The notes under the pieces: generated by a model
Told to the model about the DNA's origin: nothing
Databases searched by the model: none
Seen by the model: only the letters and a program-made list of their open reading frames with translations
In this document: in pieces, positions 9,754 through 19,995 of the stretch
Position numbering within the stretch: position 1 is the stretch's first letter
How the letters are laid out: each line of letters opens with the position of its first letter
Translations under genes and position numbers: made by a program
From: a virus
Lineage: Duplodnaviria > Caudoviricetes
Virus record (IMG/VR): IMGVR_UViG_3300025891_000004
Span: 1 to 60,995 of that record
DNA length: 60,995 nt
Reading direction: 5' to 3' (one strand)

Positions 9754-9975
9754 ATGGAATCGACTTACCGTATTCAGACTTGGGCCGATGGCTTCGGCCG
9801 TTGGCACGCTTCCGTGCCATTGTCCGGCTCTCGTGCTAAGGACGCAGCGGTTGCGCGGCGTGCCATCCAGGCCGAACTAACGGAACGGTACGCGCCGAAC
9901 TATGACCGAGGCACCCTGCACATCACGCGCTGGAATGTCACGGCGCACGGCACAGCGCACTACGGCGAGCGTTAA
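9754..9975 (+). CDS. Small early protein
   Basis: GAAAGGG RBS; MESTYRIQTWADGFGRWHASVP. Confidence 0.6.
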   Translation: MESTYRIQTWADGFGRWHASVPLSGSRAKDAAVARRAIQAELTERYAPNYDRGTLHITRWNVTAHGTAHYGER

Positions 9976-10069
9976 GCGCTGACACGCTTTGATTGCCTAA
10001 GACACGTGCATACGCGCATATGTCCTAGGCTTTCATGGAATATCAGCACACTACGAAAGGGTAAGAACT

Positions 10070-10387
10070 ATGTACACGCTGACCGTCACCAAGTCTGTCC
10101 ACAGCCGCACGGATTCCGGCAAGGGCTGGCGCACCGTTGCCGATTCCGTCGAGACTGAATCCTTCCCTTGGGACCGTCGGGACGTTGGACCAGATGAGTG
10201 CTACGGCGAAGACGTGCACCGCAAGATTACGAGTGCCGATACGCTCTCGTGGTTCCGTCGCCTTGGTGGTTCGGAGTATGCCGAGCGGTCCTATACCCCA
10301 TTCGGGTACATCGTGACGCGTCTGGTCAGCACGAGCCCGAACCGCGCGACGCGCCATATTCGCACGTTCCACATCACTAACGCCTAG
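10070..10387 (+). CDS. Early hypothetical protein
   Basis: GAAAGGG RBS; WFRRLGGSE...VSTSP motif. Confidence 0.65.
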   Translation: MYTLTVTKSVHSRTDSGKGWRTVADSVETESFPWDRRDVGPDECYGEDVHRKITSADTLSWFRRLGGSEYAERSYTPFGYIVTRLVSTSPNRATRHIRTFHITNA

Positions 10388-10474
10388 TTGGCTTGCATTG
10401 GTCCCGACACGCTCGGGGCTAGTGTTGGTCGCCTAGCCTGGCACCATTGGCACAAGGGCAACAAAGGGAGCACT

Positions 10475-10705
10475 ATGCCTAGAACGAGACTGTTCCGCAG
10501 CACAGCCGGAAAGATTCGCATTGACGACTTTGTGGCTGAGTCTGTTGTCAACGGTTCTACTTGGTCGGCGCGCTGGACGGGTGTGGTGGAGAGCATCACC
10601 CCGCTCGGTGGACGCCTTGATCTTCGGGACGTGCATTTTGAAGGTGGACAATGGGTCACCCTCACGAGTGACGACGTGGTGTGGATTGAGCGCACGTACG
10701 TCTGA
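10475..10705 (+). CDS. Early hypothetical protein (SH3-like beta pattern)
   Basis: AGGGAG RBS before MPRTRLF. Confidence 0.55.
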   Translation: MPRTRLFRSTAGKIRIDDFVAESVVNGSTWSARWTGVVESITPLGGRLDLRDVHFEGGQWVTLTSDDVVWIERTYV

Positions 10706-10797
10706 CAGTCTGGCAGGCCAGGATCGGCCTAGGTGGTACATCTAGACCGGTCCTAGTTCGGCAGAATCTGTAAGACCGACACGAGGAGAAAAAGATC

Positions 10798-11094
10798 ATG
10801 GACGAGAGACATTCTCTCTGCCCGATATGCAAGCGCGGCGTGACTAACCTACCCGCGCACGCGGATATTGCGCACGGGCTCGTGCGGCTCTCTGACGGTA
10901 TCTGGTACACCATAGACACGCCAGACCCGACCAAGGGCTACCATACGTGCCAACGGTGCTACAAGGTCACAGAGCACGTCGCAGAGGCTACAGGAGACTA
11001 TGTGTGCCCTTGTGACACGATATTCGCCCCGACGTGTCCCGAGTGTGATTCGCCGTATCACCTGGATGGAGACTGCCGTAACCATTTCGCGTAA
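10798..11094 (+). CDS. Cys/His-rich Zn-finger early protein
   Basis: Multiple CxxC pairs; GAGGAG RBS. Confidence 0.55.
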   Translation: MDERHSLCPICKRGVTNLPAHADIAHGLVRLSDGIWYTIDTPDPTKGYHTCQRCYKVTEHVAEATGDYVCPCDTIFAPTCPECDSPYHLDGDCRNHFA

Positions 11095-11139
11095 GGCTTG
11101 ACGCCAGAATCCATAAGAGTGACCGAAGGGGAAAAGATC

Positions 11140-11322
11140 ATGGACTTAGTGAATACATTGGGCATTGCCAATCGACTCGGGATAGGCAAGAGTGCAGTTG
11201 CCAACTGGAGAGAGCGTTATGAAAACTTCCCTTCTCCGCTCGAATTCCCAGGCGTGATAGGTATTCCCCTATGGCGATGGGAAGACATCGTGACATGGCA
11301 CAAAAAGACTGGACGTTCTTAG
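11140..11322 (+). CDS. Small HTH DNA-binding protein (excisionase/AlpA-like)
   Basis: LVNTLGIANRLGIGKSAVANWRERYENFPSP...PLWRWEDIVTW. Confidence 0.75.
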   Translation: MDLVNTLGIANRLGIGKSAVANWRERYENFPSPLEFPGVIGIPLWRWEDIVTWHKKTGRS

Positions 11323-11324
11323 GC

Positions 11325-11353
11325 TTGACGCCAGATTATCTAGGGCGTAAAAT
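11325..11353 (+). promoter_or_regulatory. Sigma-A type promoter
   Basis: TTGACG-N17-TAAAAT; the -10 box lies in the loop of the inverted repeat AGATTATCTAGGG / CCCTAGGTGATCT. Confidence 0.6.
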
Positions 11354-11416
11354 CCCTAGGTGATCTAGTGCCAACCCTGGCACTACCTAAGACCGATCAA
11401 GATGGAGCGTGACAAG

Positions 11417-11674
11417 ATGCGCAACTCATTCGCAAAGCGTGCAGGCGTCGAGTACGTCGAGAGCGCCGGAACCTACGTCCAGACTTCCCCAGGGCCAATC
11501 GGGTATGCGCCACATGAGTACGAGCCGACTTCTTCCGGTGACTGTGATTACTGCGGACAAGAGCAGAGGCACCCGCTGCACGTCCAGACCTACTCAGAGC
11601 CCGATCCGGAGCCTGAGTCAGACTCCGATTGGTTGGCCGCAAGTTTCGTCACGCCGCAAGGTATCGGCGGCTGA
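11417..11674 (+). CDS. Small early protein (paralogue of 8824-9012 plus Zn-finger tail)
   Basis: MRNSFAKRAGVEYVESAGTYVQTSP...CDYCG...HPLH. Confidence 0.6.
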   Translation: MRNSFAKRAGVEYVESAGTYVQTSPGPIGYAPHEYEPTSSGDCDYCGQEQRHPLHVQTYSEPDPEPESDSDWLAASFVTPQGIGG

Positions 11675-11856
11675 CCGTTAGACCGTTTGCATAGCCTAAG
11701 AATGTGACAGATACAGGGATGACCTGCACTCTGTAGACCGTGTGCCGGGAGTACCGGCCTACGTACAAAAGACAGCCGGTAATGACCCGTCAGTCATTAC
11801 CTAGCGTCCATTCTTAGGCTGTGCTGGCAGACTAACCACGATGAAAGGCTAAGAAC

Positions 11857-12177
11857 ATGCAACAGGTACAGGTCTCGATTGGCCGCAGTACGTCACCTGG
11901 CGTTTCGATGTACAAAACGACTTGGTATAACTTTCAGCGTGCTATCGACGCGGCACTCTGGGAACACACAAGAGGCGAAGACCGTTGGATCGAAACCCAT
12001 AAGGGTGAAGGACTCTGGGATGACTTCGTAGAGGAATCTGCCCATATCACGGTGCTAGATGTGTCTTGGGTAAACCGTTGGGCTCTGACTGTTGACCTGG
12101 CGCGGATTGCCCGGCACTATGGTCAGTCTGCCATAGCGCTTACTGTCACTGAGCCCGAACTAATCGCCGCAGGCTAA
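11857..12177 (+). CDS. Hypothetical protein (ferredoxin-like actinophage family)
   Basis: GEGLWDDFVEES...LARIARHYGQSAIALTV; GAAAGG RBS. Confidence 0.6.
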   Translation: MQQVQVSIGRSTSPGVSMYKTTWYNFQRAIDAALWEHTRGEDRWIETHKGEGLWDDFVEESAHITVLDVSWVNRWALTVDLARIARHYGQSAIALTVTEPELIAAG

Positions 12178-12201
12178 GACGAGATAAGAGGGGAAAAAGT
12201 C

Positions 12202-12381
12202 ATGGAAAAGCAAGAATGGCGCTGGAATGCGTTTTGGAGTGCATACGAACGCAATACGGGGCGAGAAGGTTTTGTGCGGATTGTCAATGCATACAATGGT
12301 GGAACACGTATCACTATCTTTCGTTTGATTGACCCGTTGTGTGGCATCTATGCGTCCACACATTCCCACCATTTCGCGTAA
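12202..12381 (+). CDS. Small early protein (59 aa)
   Basis: MEKQEWRWNAFW...HSHHFA*; GAGGGG RBS; below the ORF-track cutoff. Confidence 0.5.
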   Translation: MEKQEWRWNAFWSAYERNTGREGFVRIVNAYNGGTRITIFRLIDPLCGIYASTHSHHFA

Positions 12382-14440
12382 GACACGCTAGACCGCTTGC
12401 ATGGCCTTTAACCTAAGAGGATCAAGCAACCTAAATCGTCCTAGGCGACTATAGGGTTAAGGGCCGTGCTGGCAGGCTAAAGTCTGTCTCACACAATGGA
12501 GGAACCATGTCACACCGTCAGATCACGTCCCACGTTACGCAGTCTCAGTCTTATCGACCAATCACGGTATCACTATCGACGTACACCACGCGCAAGAACA
12601 GCGCGCAGGCTCGGGCGCAGACCTTGGCCCGTAAGAGCGTACGCAGCGCTAAGTATGCTGCGAGCGTGACACTGTGACCCCGTGGCCCCGTGCTGCGGCA
12701 CACGGTTGTGGAGTGTGTAATGCCAACGCCTTAGCGCCCATCGTGGACCTACCGGAGTGGTGGCAATGCTCCGCTTGTGATGAGAGCCATACGTCTAAGG
12801 ATTGCTGCGATAAGAACGTGACACCGTGACCGCCGTTATCGTGATTCTATGGGTGCTTGTCATCGTGTACTTGTGGTGGGATGACCAGAATGAGTAACGT
12901 CGTCGATCTAGATGAGTACCGCGTACGTGAGACAAGACGCGCCGATAAGGAATGGTGTGTTGATTGTTTTACGCACCACGACCCGGAAGATGATTGCTCA
13001 GCCTAAGACCTATCAAGGGAGAACTATGCGCGGATTTCGTTTGCTAATGACTTGCATGATGATGCTTTGGGCTTTCGGTTGTCTCATTGAGGGATATTCC
13101 GTCCTGTTCCTTGTGTTTTTCGTCGCCTCGTGTCTGGCATATCCTAGAGTAACGGTCGAAAGGATAAGGTGATAACTATGTCGAATGCATCAGTACGCTA
13201 TGTGGTGCCCTATTCTGCGCCTGGAATCAAGAGGGGCGAACTTCGTATCGACGCAAACTCACCTACCGACGCAGCAGCAAGGGCGCAAGAGATTCACGCC
13301 TCAGCCGTAAGTCTTAGTAGACCGGGGTGTGGTTATCGTGGCCCCACACCGTCAACACGATGGTACTACAGGCCCACCATGAAACTGCATAAGAAGGAAC
13401 GCACTCAGATTGTTTACGGTGTGCCCTATATCCAGGCGTGACATTCGCAGCATACGAGATAGGAGAATGTGATATGCGTAATCATTGGGAAATGTGGGTA
13501 GATTGGGAGACCCCTAACGTTCACCACTATAACGGTGGTCCTTGGTTGCAGGTATGGCAAATTGGTCCTCTGATTATCAGACGACTAACGCGACCATGAT
13601 TCCATTCTCTGCATACCTAAGAGGCAAAGGACGAGTCAGAATCCTGTCCTATGAAGGTGATGGATTCTTTCGTGTCCTCACTACAAGAGACGAGACCGTT
13701 TACACACATCGAGAAAGGTTGGTGTTCCTGCCATGAATCCCATATTTACATTCGCTTCTCGGGTAAATGACATTGTGAGACTGTGGAATATAGAGGATTT
13801 GTCTGGTGAACAGGCGATGCATGCCATCGTCTATGCAATGGAACAGTACGTCAAGGAATCGGACGAATGACGCCTGTTTACACGTCACAAGTTCCGCATC
13901 TCGCTGTCTCAGGCAGGAAACGGCCTCTGCCCATGATCGAAAAGCCTACCCCGCCTCACCATACCCAATCAGACCCCCAAATCGCTCCTAGGGCCGTCTC
14001 TGGCCCGCTCAGGGCACATCCAGCAGGAGGGACCACACTATGACCGACGCACCAGCAGGCTGGCACCATGTCATCTCACCTCGCTCGGGCAAGATTCTGA
14101 CCACCTACCGAGCCAACAACTACATGCTTGGTTGGTATCAGAAGAACGGGTACATCATCTGGTGAAAGTATCTTGACGTCAAGATACTTAGAGTGAAAAA
14201 CTTCCCCCATCTCTCCTCACACTGTATTTCTGTATCCTCTGTATATACACATATATATATAAGAGGTAAGTAGACAGTAGGATTTTAGCCCTTCCAGGTT
14301 CGTTCGAGGGTACATACCGGACATCTAGACCACCCACATCGCCTGTTTCGGGGTCCTCGCCCTGCCACTAACCCCCATGTGTTATATTAGGGGTGCTGTA
14401 GACTACCATCGGATACGACACCAAGGAGATACACGAAACC

Positions 14441-15007
14441 ATGATCGTTTCACCCATCACGAAGGCCCGTCTCTTTGAGAAGACGCTGCGATTTGAGTTT
14501 GAGCGAGAGAAAGAGATCGAGTGGGCAGCAAGATCAGCAAGTGCTCGGACGGCAATCGAGCAAGCCATTTGGGCCGCACGAGACGCAGGAGTACCCGTGA
14601 CCAAGATCGCGGAAGAGTACGGGACGAAGGACCGAGGCACGATCTACGACATCCTGAACAAGAAGGCTACGCTTGTGAATGTCACGAGTGAGATCGAGTC
14701 GATGCTGCGTATTGTGCCGAATCCTGATGCACATGCAAAGGGTGGATACCCGGATGACTGGGCTGCTTGGACAGTCACGGTGCAGGCATGGGACGATTTC
14801 ACTCGACCGGATGCGCTGACGGCACTAGAGAAGACGGACAGCGATAAGTATTCTGGGTGGTTGACGTTCTGTGTCCGACCCAACGGCTCCATTCATATCA
14901 TTGCCACAGAACACCTTGGTAGCCCATTGCACAAGGAAGTCATTGCATGGCAAGATGACAGCCCGCTGGTCCAGCAGATCAAGACACAGATGGAGGATGA
15001 GAAATGA
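14441..15007 (+). CDS. HTH DNA-binding protein
   Basis: AIWAARDAGVPVTKIAEEYGTKDRGTIYDILN HTH pattern; AAGGAG RBS. Confidence 0.7.
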   Translation: MIVSPITKARLFEKTLRFEFEREKEIEWAARSASARTAIEQAIWAARDAGVPVTKIAEEYGTKDRGTIYDILNKKATLVNVTSEIESMLRIVPNPDAHAKGGYPDDWAAWTVTVQAWDDFTRPDALTALEKTDSDKYSGWLTFCVRPNGSIHIIATEHLGSPLHKEVIAWQDDSPLVQQIKTQMEDEK

Positions 15008-15396
15008 GCAAAGCACTAGACGCACTTCGAGCAATTGGCATTTACAATCCTCACAATGCTGTAAAGCAGGCTCTACATGCTGGTGTCGGCAATGGCATCT
15101 ACTTGTCACGTCGCACACAGGATACGGGAAGATGGTACCGATCTGCCGCATGGCAGGTAATCAGTGTGACCGGCAAGACTAATCCTGAGTCACACTGGCA
15201 GGATCAGGGGCAGAAGACGTTCGACATCTACGAAAGAACCTCAGAAGAGGGCATGTTGAACAAGGCCAAGGCGTTCGCTGCTGAGAACTATGGGATCACC
15301 GAGTGGGCCAAGATTCCAGGACTCGGACGTGCTCTGTTCCCTGTCGCGGTAGCGGCGTGGGTCAAGTCTGAGATCAAGAGGGGAGGCACAGAATGA
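15004..15396 (+). CDS. Hypothetical protein
   Basis: 4-nt overlap with the upstream gene; GGAGG RBS. Confidence 0.65.
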   Translation: MSKALDALRAIGIYNPHNAVKQALHAGVGNGIYLSRRTQDTGRWYRSAAWQVISVTGKTNPESHWQDQGQKTFDIYERTSEEGMLNKAKAFAAENYGITEWAKIPGLGRALFPVAVAAWVKSEIKRGGTE

Positions 15397-15737
15397 GGAT
15401 TCATAGTGACGTGATTACGTGGGATGACCTACACGTCGCCCGAGCGGCTGCCATCCAGCACGGAGAGGGATACGTCTACGGACATTTTGATACACACGGC
15501 AGTCGCAAGCGTGACCATGCGTTCGAGGTAGGTCTCGAAGGTGATGGCACCACGAACAAGAGACGCCGCAACCCTGGCACTAGTCAAGATCGTTCTCGGC
15601 AGGATGAGTACGCTGCGACATACGATCAGTGGGGCTGGTTCCTGGCCTCACTGTTCAGGGTTGACCCGAACATGACCAGCGTGTACTATGACGGAGCAGA
15701 CGACTTCCACACCAGGACCAAGGGGGTATTCAGGTGA
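15393..15737 (+). CDS. Conserved-type actinophage hypothetical protein
   Basis: HGSRKRDHAFEV...AATYDQWGWFLASLF...Y.GADDFH; coupled ORF. Confidence 0.65.
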   Translation: MRIHSDVITWDDLHVARAAAIQHGEGYVYGHFDTHGSRKRDHAFEVGLEGDGTTNKRRRNPGTSQDRSRQDEYAATYDQWGWFLASLFRVDPNMTSVYYDGADDFHTRTKGVFR

Positions 15738-15933
15738 CTCAGGCGTTCGATACCCGAGTGTGGGATGACAAGGGTGACAAGATCATCGACGTGTCTCTGG
15801 GTGGTATGGACATCTTCAGTCAGTACCTCCCCCACAACTCGATTGATGCTGATGACGTGATTGAGTATGTGCAAATGGAGGCAAGAGCCATGCTTGTTTG
15901 GGTGTATCGTGCCAAGAGAGAAAGGGGCATTTG

Positions 15934-16305
15934 ATGACTAAGTTCAAGGCAGGAGACCGCGTTCGGACCCTTGTGAATGGTTGCAGCGCACTGAGAGGAC
16001 GTGTCGGGACAGTTGCAGGTAACTACTTCGACAGGGGCTGGGATGTGCTGATGGACGATGAGCCGCGCAAACCCCCCAGCGAGGCAGGTTGGTACTATCA
16101 CACGGACGAGTTGGAACTGATTGTCCCAACCAACAACACAGTGACGCTAACAGTTAGTAGCGCCGGGCCGTCACCCCTCAACTGCTATCGGGTAGCCGAT
16201 GCACTCGACCTGTTGCGCGTGTACGAGGGTTATGGGGACATTCTACGGGCATACGCAGACGCCGAAGACGAGAGATTCGCCAAGTATGGACCAGTGGAGG
16301 AATGA
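15934..16305 (+). CDS. SH3/KOW-like small protein, paralogue A
   Basis: MTKFKAGDRVRTL...ELELI. Confidence 0.6.
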   Translation: MTKFKAGDRVRTLVNGCSALRGRVGTVAGNYFDRGWDVLMDDEPRKPPSEAGWYYHTDELELIVPTNNTVTLTVSSAGPSPLNCYRVADALDLLRVYEGYGDILRAYADAEDERFAKYGPVEE

Positions 16306-16604
16306 TGACCACGTTTAAGGCGGGAGACCGAGTACGTACGCTCGCTATCTGGGGTGACGCGCCCACTGGTAGCGAAGGCATACTTGGTGATATGTATGGT
16401 GCTACCCAATGGATCGTGAACATTCCGGGGCACACATGGAATGGCTACCGGGACATGATTTATGACACCGCTGAACTGGAACTAATCTCCGACCCACGAG
16501 ATGAGGCACTCGACCGGATTGCTACTGTCTATCGTGAGGTTGGATACGAGTCCCTGCATTCCGCGATTATCAACATCCTCCAAGAGACGGGACGAATGCA
16601 ATGA
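16302..16604 (+). CDS. SH3/KOW-like small protein, paralogue B
   Basis: MMTTFKAGDRVRTL...ELELI. Confidence 0.6.
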   Translation: MMTTFKAGDRVRTLAIWGDAPTGSEGILGDMYGATQWIVNIPGHTWNGYRDMIYDTAELELISDPRDEALDRIATVYREVGYESLHSAIINILQETGRMQ

Positions 16605-16961
16605 CACCACTCGATTACCTGTTCGCAAAGATTCTGGACAACTCCTGCCCATCTTACGACCCGATTGATGGATACTCAGAATACCGCATCGACACACACT
16701 GTGTGACATGGTATGTCATTGCCAGAGAGATCGATGGCGTGTGGGAAGTCAAGAACTACACGATGAACTAAAAAGACGCAAGAGACGCCCATAAGATACC
16801 GAAAAGGGAGGAAATATGACCGATACCGAGAAGATCGACGCAATCACAGCACGGATGATACTGTGGGCAGAGAACGTTACGCTCAAGAGCAGTACCGGGA
16901 TTGCCTGGGATTATGCCTACTTGGTTGACGACATCACCGAGATCATTATGGAGGAGAACTA

Positions 16962-18962
16962 ATGGCAACCGTTGAGACAATCCAGATTGATCCGACATAC
17001 GTACTGACGCTCACCAGGGATGAGGCCGAATACCTGAAGTGGGTCTTAGGTGAACTGACAGGCAATTATTCTGAAATCTACTACGCACTCGACGGGGAAG
17101 ATATCGGAGCCGTGAGGCCAGAGAAAAATCCCTTTGTCGCAGTTGATAAGAACAGGTGGTAGTTTCGATGATTACCCACGAACTGCTCAAGCGTCCCGTG
17201 ACGGCACAAGAGGCGATGGGCCTGGCTAAGCACCTGACAACCGAGACAGCCCTTGTCACAAAGCCAGGGTACTTCTACCTGGATCAAGACGACACCGTGT
17301 ACCTGGGCGTCGATGGTATGTATGGCCCCACTACGCTGTGGCGTGTGCAGGAAGGCGCAACCTACGGGGATCAGGCGTATTGGGAGAGGGAAGAGAACTG
17401 CGAGTTCCGGTCTCTTCGGTTTGGTCTCGATGAGCACTTTCACGTTGGGGCTGATACAGAGTGAAGATCAATCCGCCTGTGCAGGCTACAGTGAATTCCT
17501 ACGCTGGAGAGCAAGCCATTTACGTAGGGGACATCGGTTACATCGATGAGATTGTGACCGGGTATAAGTGGCCGATCCATGTGACGTTCAGCGAGAGCGT
17601 GCACGACTGGTTCAAGCATGGTGAACTGACCTATCTGGCTACTGGAGGGATGATGAAATGAGCAGATACACAAACATGCTAGAAGATGAAATCACTCGAC
17701 TAAAGGGTGAACTGCAAGACATCAAGACAGAGCGATCCAAGCGTACATCTACTCTGACCACGCTCTACCCGGAACTAGTTGACGAGTCTGACTGGTGCCT
17801 GTTTGGTGGTGTTGCTTGGACCAGATTGCACGACAAGGCAGAAGCCATCCGTCGTGCCCACGTAGCACGGGCAGACAAGACAACGCTCAAGGAGTGGGAG
17901 GCAGGCCGGTGATGATTGGCAGACTGATCGTAGGCATAGTAGCGTGGACGCTCATGGCGTCTGGCCTTATCGTTGCTGGTGCCCTACCTTACGCACCTGC
18001 TGTGGCACTCACAGGGTTTGGGCTTGTGTTGCTCGGCGGACTCCTGTACGCTCGCCTGATCTACGTGGCACAACGAAACGATGGGAGAGACACATGGCAC
18101 TCGTGAAGTTCGTACACGAAACCGACATCGGCTGGTATGGGGAGGGACCACATCAGGCAGAACTGATACGCGACAGGAATGACATGTACTGGGACATTCA
18201 CGTTTCGGGACACACAGGCATCCTGGCATTCAACGTAAGTGCCGTCGTTCGTATGCCAGCACATCGAATGGACGACCGGGAACCCTCATTAGATGGTTTC
18301 TACGCCACTACCCTAGGCAAGCACAGAAAGGGGAACTGACATGAAGGCAAGCAAGAAGATCAAGCGCTCCCTTGAGTCACGACGCGAGGACTATGACAAC
18401 GAGAATAAGTCAGTGAAGCCAGGAACGAGGCGTCCGGGTAGTTTGAGTGGTGCCAAGTAATGTACCTAAAATTTGGCAACCTCAGTCCCGAAAAGTTCGC
18501 AGAGAAGGTTGGTGCTACATTTACCGATGACGAGTTATCCTACCTTCATTCCGTATGGTCGCAGAAGGCGGCCTTGATAGGTTCCAATGATTTTCACATC
18601 TTCGATGATCCGGCAATCTCAATCCACGTTGGTTCTACGACGGGTCCGACTGTCGATGTGTTCTTGGCTGCGAACACCCGTTCAACATTCAACCGTCCCG
18701 TTCAGTTTTTTCTAGATGCGGATTGGAGAAGTGTGGCATGAGCGATCAAGTAATCAACAGTAACCCACTTCGAGGCGATCCTTTGTCTCTGGCTGTGATG
18801 AGCATTGTCAACTTGATCCGGCCCGAGCCCGTGGATCGTGGTCCTTGGGCTACCCTGTCAGTGCAGGTTGACGAGGCTGAGGATGAGGACAGGGAAGAGC
18901 GTGTCACCGTGGCACACGATGACACGAGTGACGTGTGGGCATATGCTGAGAGCGTCCTGTGA
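16962..18962 (+). CDS. Run of small coupled hypothetical genes (16962-17162, ~17168-17464, 17461-17661, 17658-17912, 18460-18741, ~18738-18962 and others)
   Basis: ATGA/TGATG overlaps and purine-rich RBSs; no recognisable motifs. Confidence 0.5.
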
Positions 18963-19579
18963 GCCACGCTGACGACCTAGACTCCGATGTCCGGCGACAG
19001 TGTGCATGGGCATGGCATCAGGGAGCAACTGCGTCCCTGGGCTGGACAGAACAGAATAGGATAATGACGATGAAGATGACGATTGCGGATAAGTTGCTTT
19101 CGCGGTCAAAGCGTGATGAATACACGGGATGTCTTCGCTGGACGGGCGCTCATAATTCCCGTGGTTATGGCTATGCGAAGGTTTCGGGACACTCCGGACC
19201 ACAGAGGGTACATCGGGTTGCATATGAACTTTGGATTGGCCCAATACCAGAAGGATATGACGTGGATCACGTCAGAGAACGTGGATGTGTCTACCACGAT
19301 TGCTTCGAGCCGTCCCATCTTGAAGCAGTGACGCATTGGGAGAATGTTCGACGTGTTACAGTCTTCCGAACCCACTGCCCAAACGGACACGAGTTCACGC
19401 CAGATAATACGGGGACTCGTAAACGACGTGGGCATACGAGCCGCACATGCAAGACGTGTCACAGAGCACCTTGGAGAACACGAGCAGGTTCAATCGTTGA
19501 CAGGGGCAACCACGGCGTGTACCCTGGGACTCAGTTCCCACACAACCCATACGAAATCACCGAGGAGGAAACCCAATGA
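18959..19579 (+). CDS. HNH endonuclease (HNH_3 type) with C-terminal Zn finger
   Basis: GCLRWTG...GYG...VHRVAYELWIGPIPEGYDVDH...C..PSHLEAVTHWEN; THCPNGHEFTPDNT...RTCKTC. Confidence 0.85.
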   Translation: MSHADDLDSDVRRQCAWAWHQGATASLGWTEQNRIMTMKMTIADKLLSRSKRDEYTGCLRWTGAHNSRGYGYAKVSGHSGPQRVHRVAYELWIGPIPEGYDVDHVRERGCVYHDCFEPSHLEAVTHWENVRRVTVFRTHCPNGHEFTPDNTGTRKRRGHTSRTCKTCHRAPWRTRAGSIVDRGNHGVYPGTQFPHNPYEITEEETQ

Positions 19580-19995
19580 GCAGTTTCAGCGGTTCACAAG
19601 GTAGAGGCGCGAGACGCGCTCTCCGCAAGACCAAGCGGGCAGAGGCGGAAGCGCGCGAGGCGGATACCACCCGGATTATGCACGAGCAGAACGTCTCGCG
19701 TCACGAGGCGCAGCGCGTAGGCAAAGCGAGCCGCAAGGTAGCGGCAATGGTCACGGCTGCCCGCGTCGCCAAGGAGGCGTGATATGACTAACTACTTGGT
19801 CAAGGACGAGATCACTGATGATGTCTACCCCTGCAATGGCATCGCTGATGTGGAGTGGGCTGTCGAATATGTGATCGGACAGTACCCCACGGACATCGAA
19901 GAGGTTGAGTTCGTAGAACTGCTGGACGATCTTCCTTGGACGCTTGAGGGCGATTCGGTCACATATCCCAACCTGGCTATCACTGTGCAGGTGAA

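Larger units (their letters stand above)
9504..12480 (+). repeat. Second family of intergenic long hairpins (9504-9560, 9978-10047, 10384-10436, 11678-11835, 12388-12480) sharing an internal loop CGYTT / TGRMA
   Basis: Each starts shortly after a stop codon; stems differ in sequence but keep pairing; the 11678 and 12388 copies also share flanks. Confidence 0.7.

Noticed and set aside
11140-11322. Lysogeny module implied by the excisionase-like HTH
   Set aside because: No integrase, parAB or repressor/attP arrangement seen
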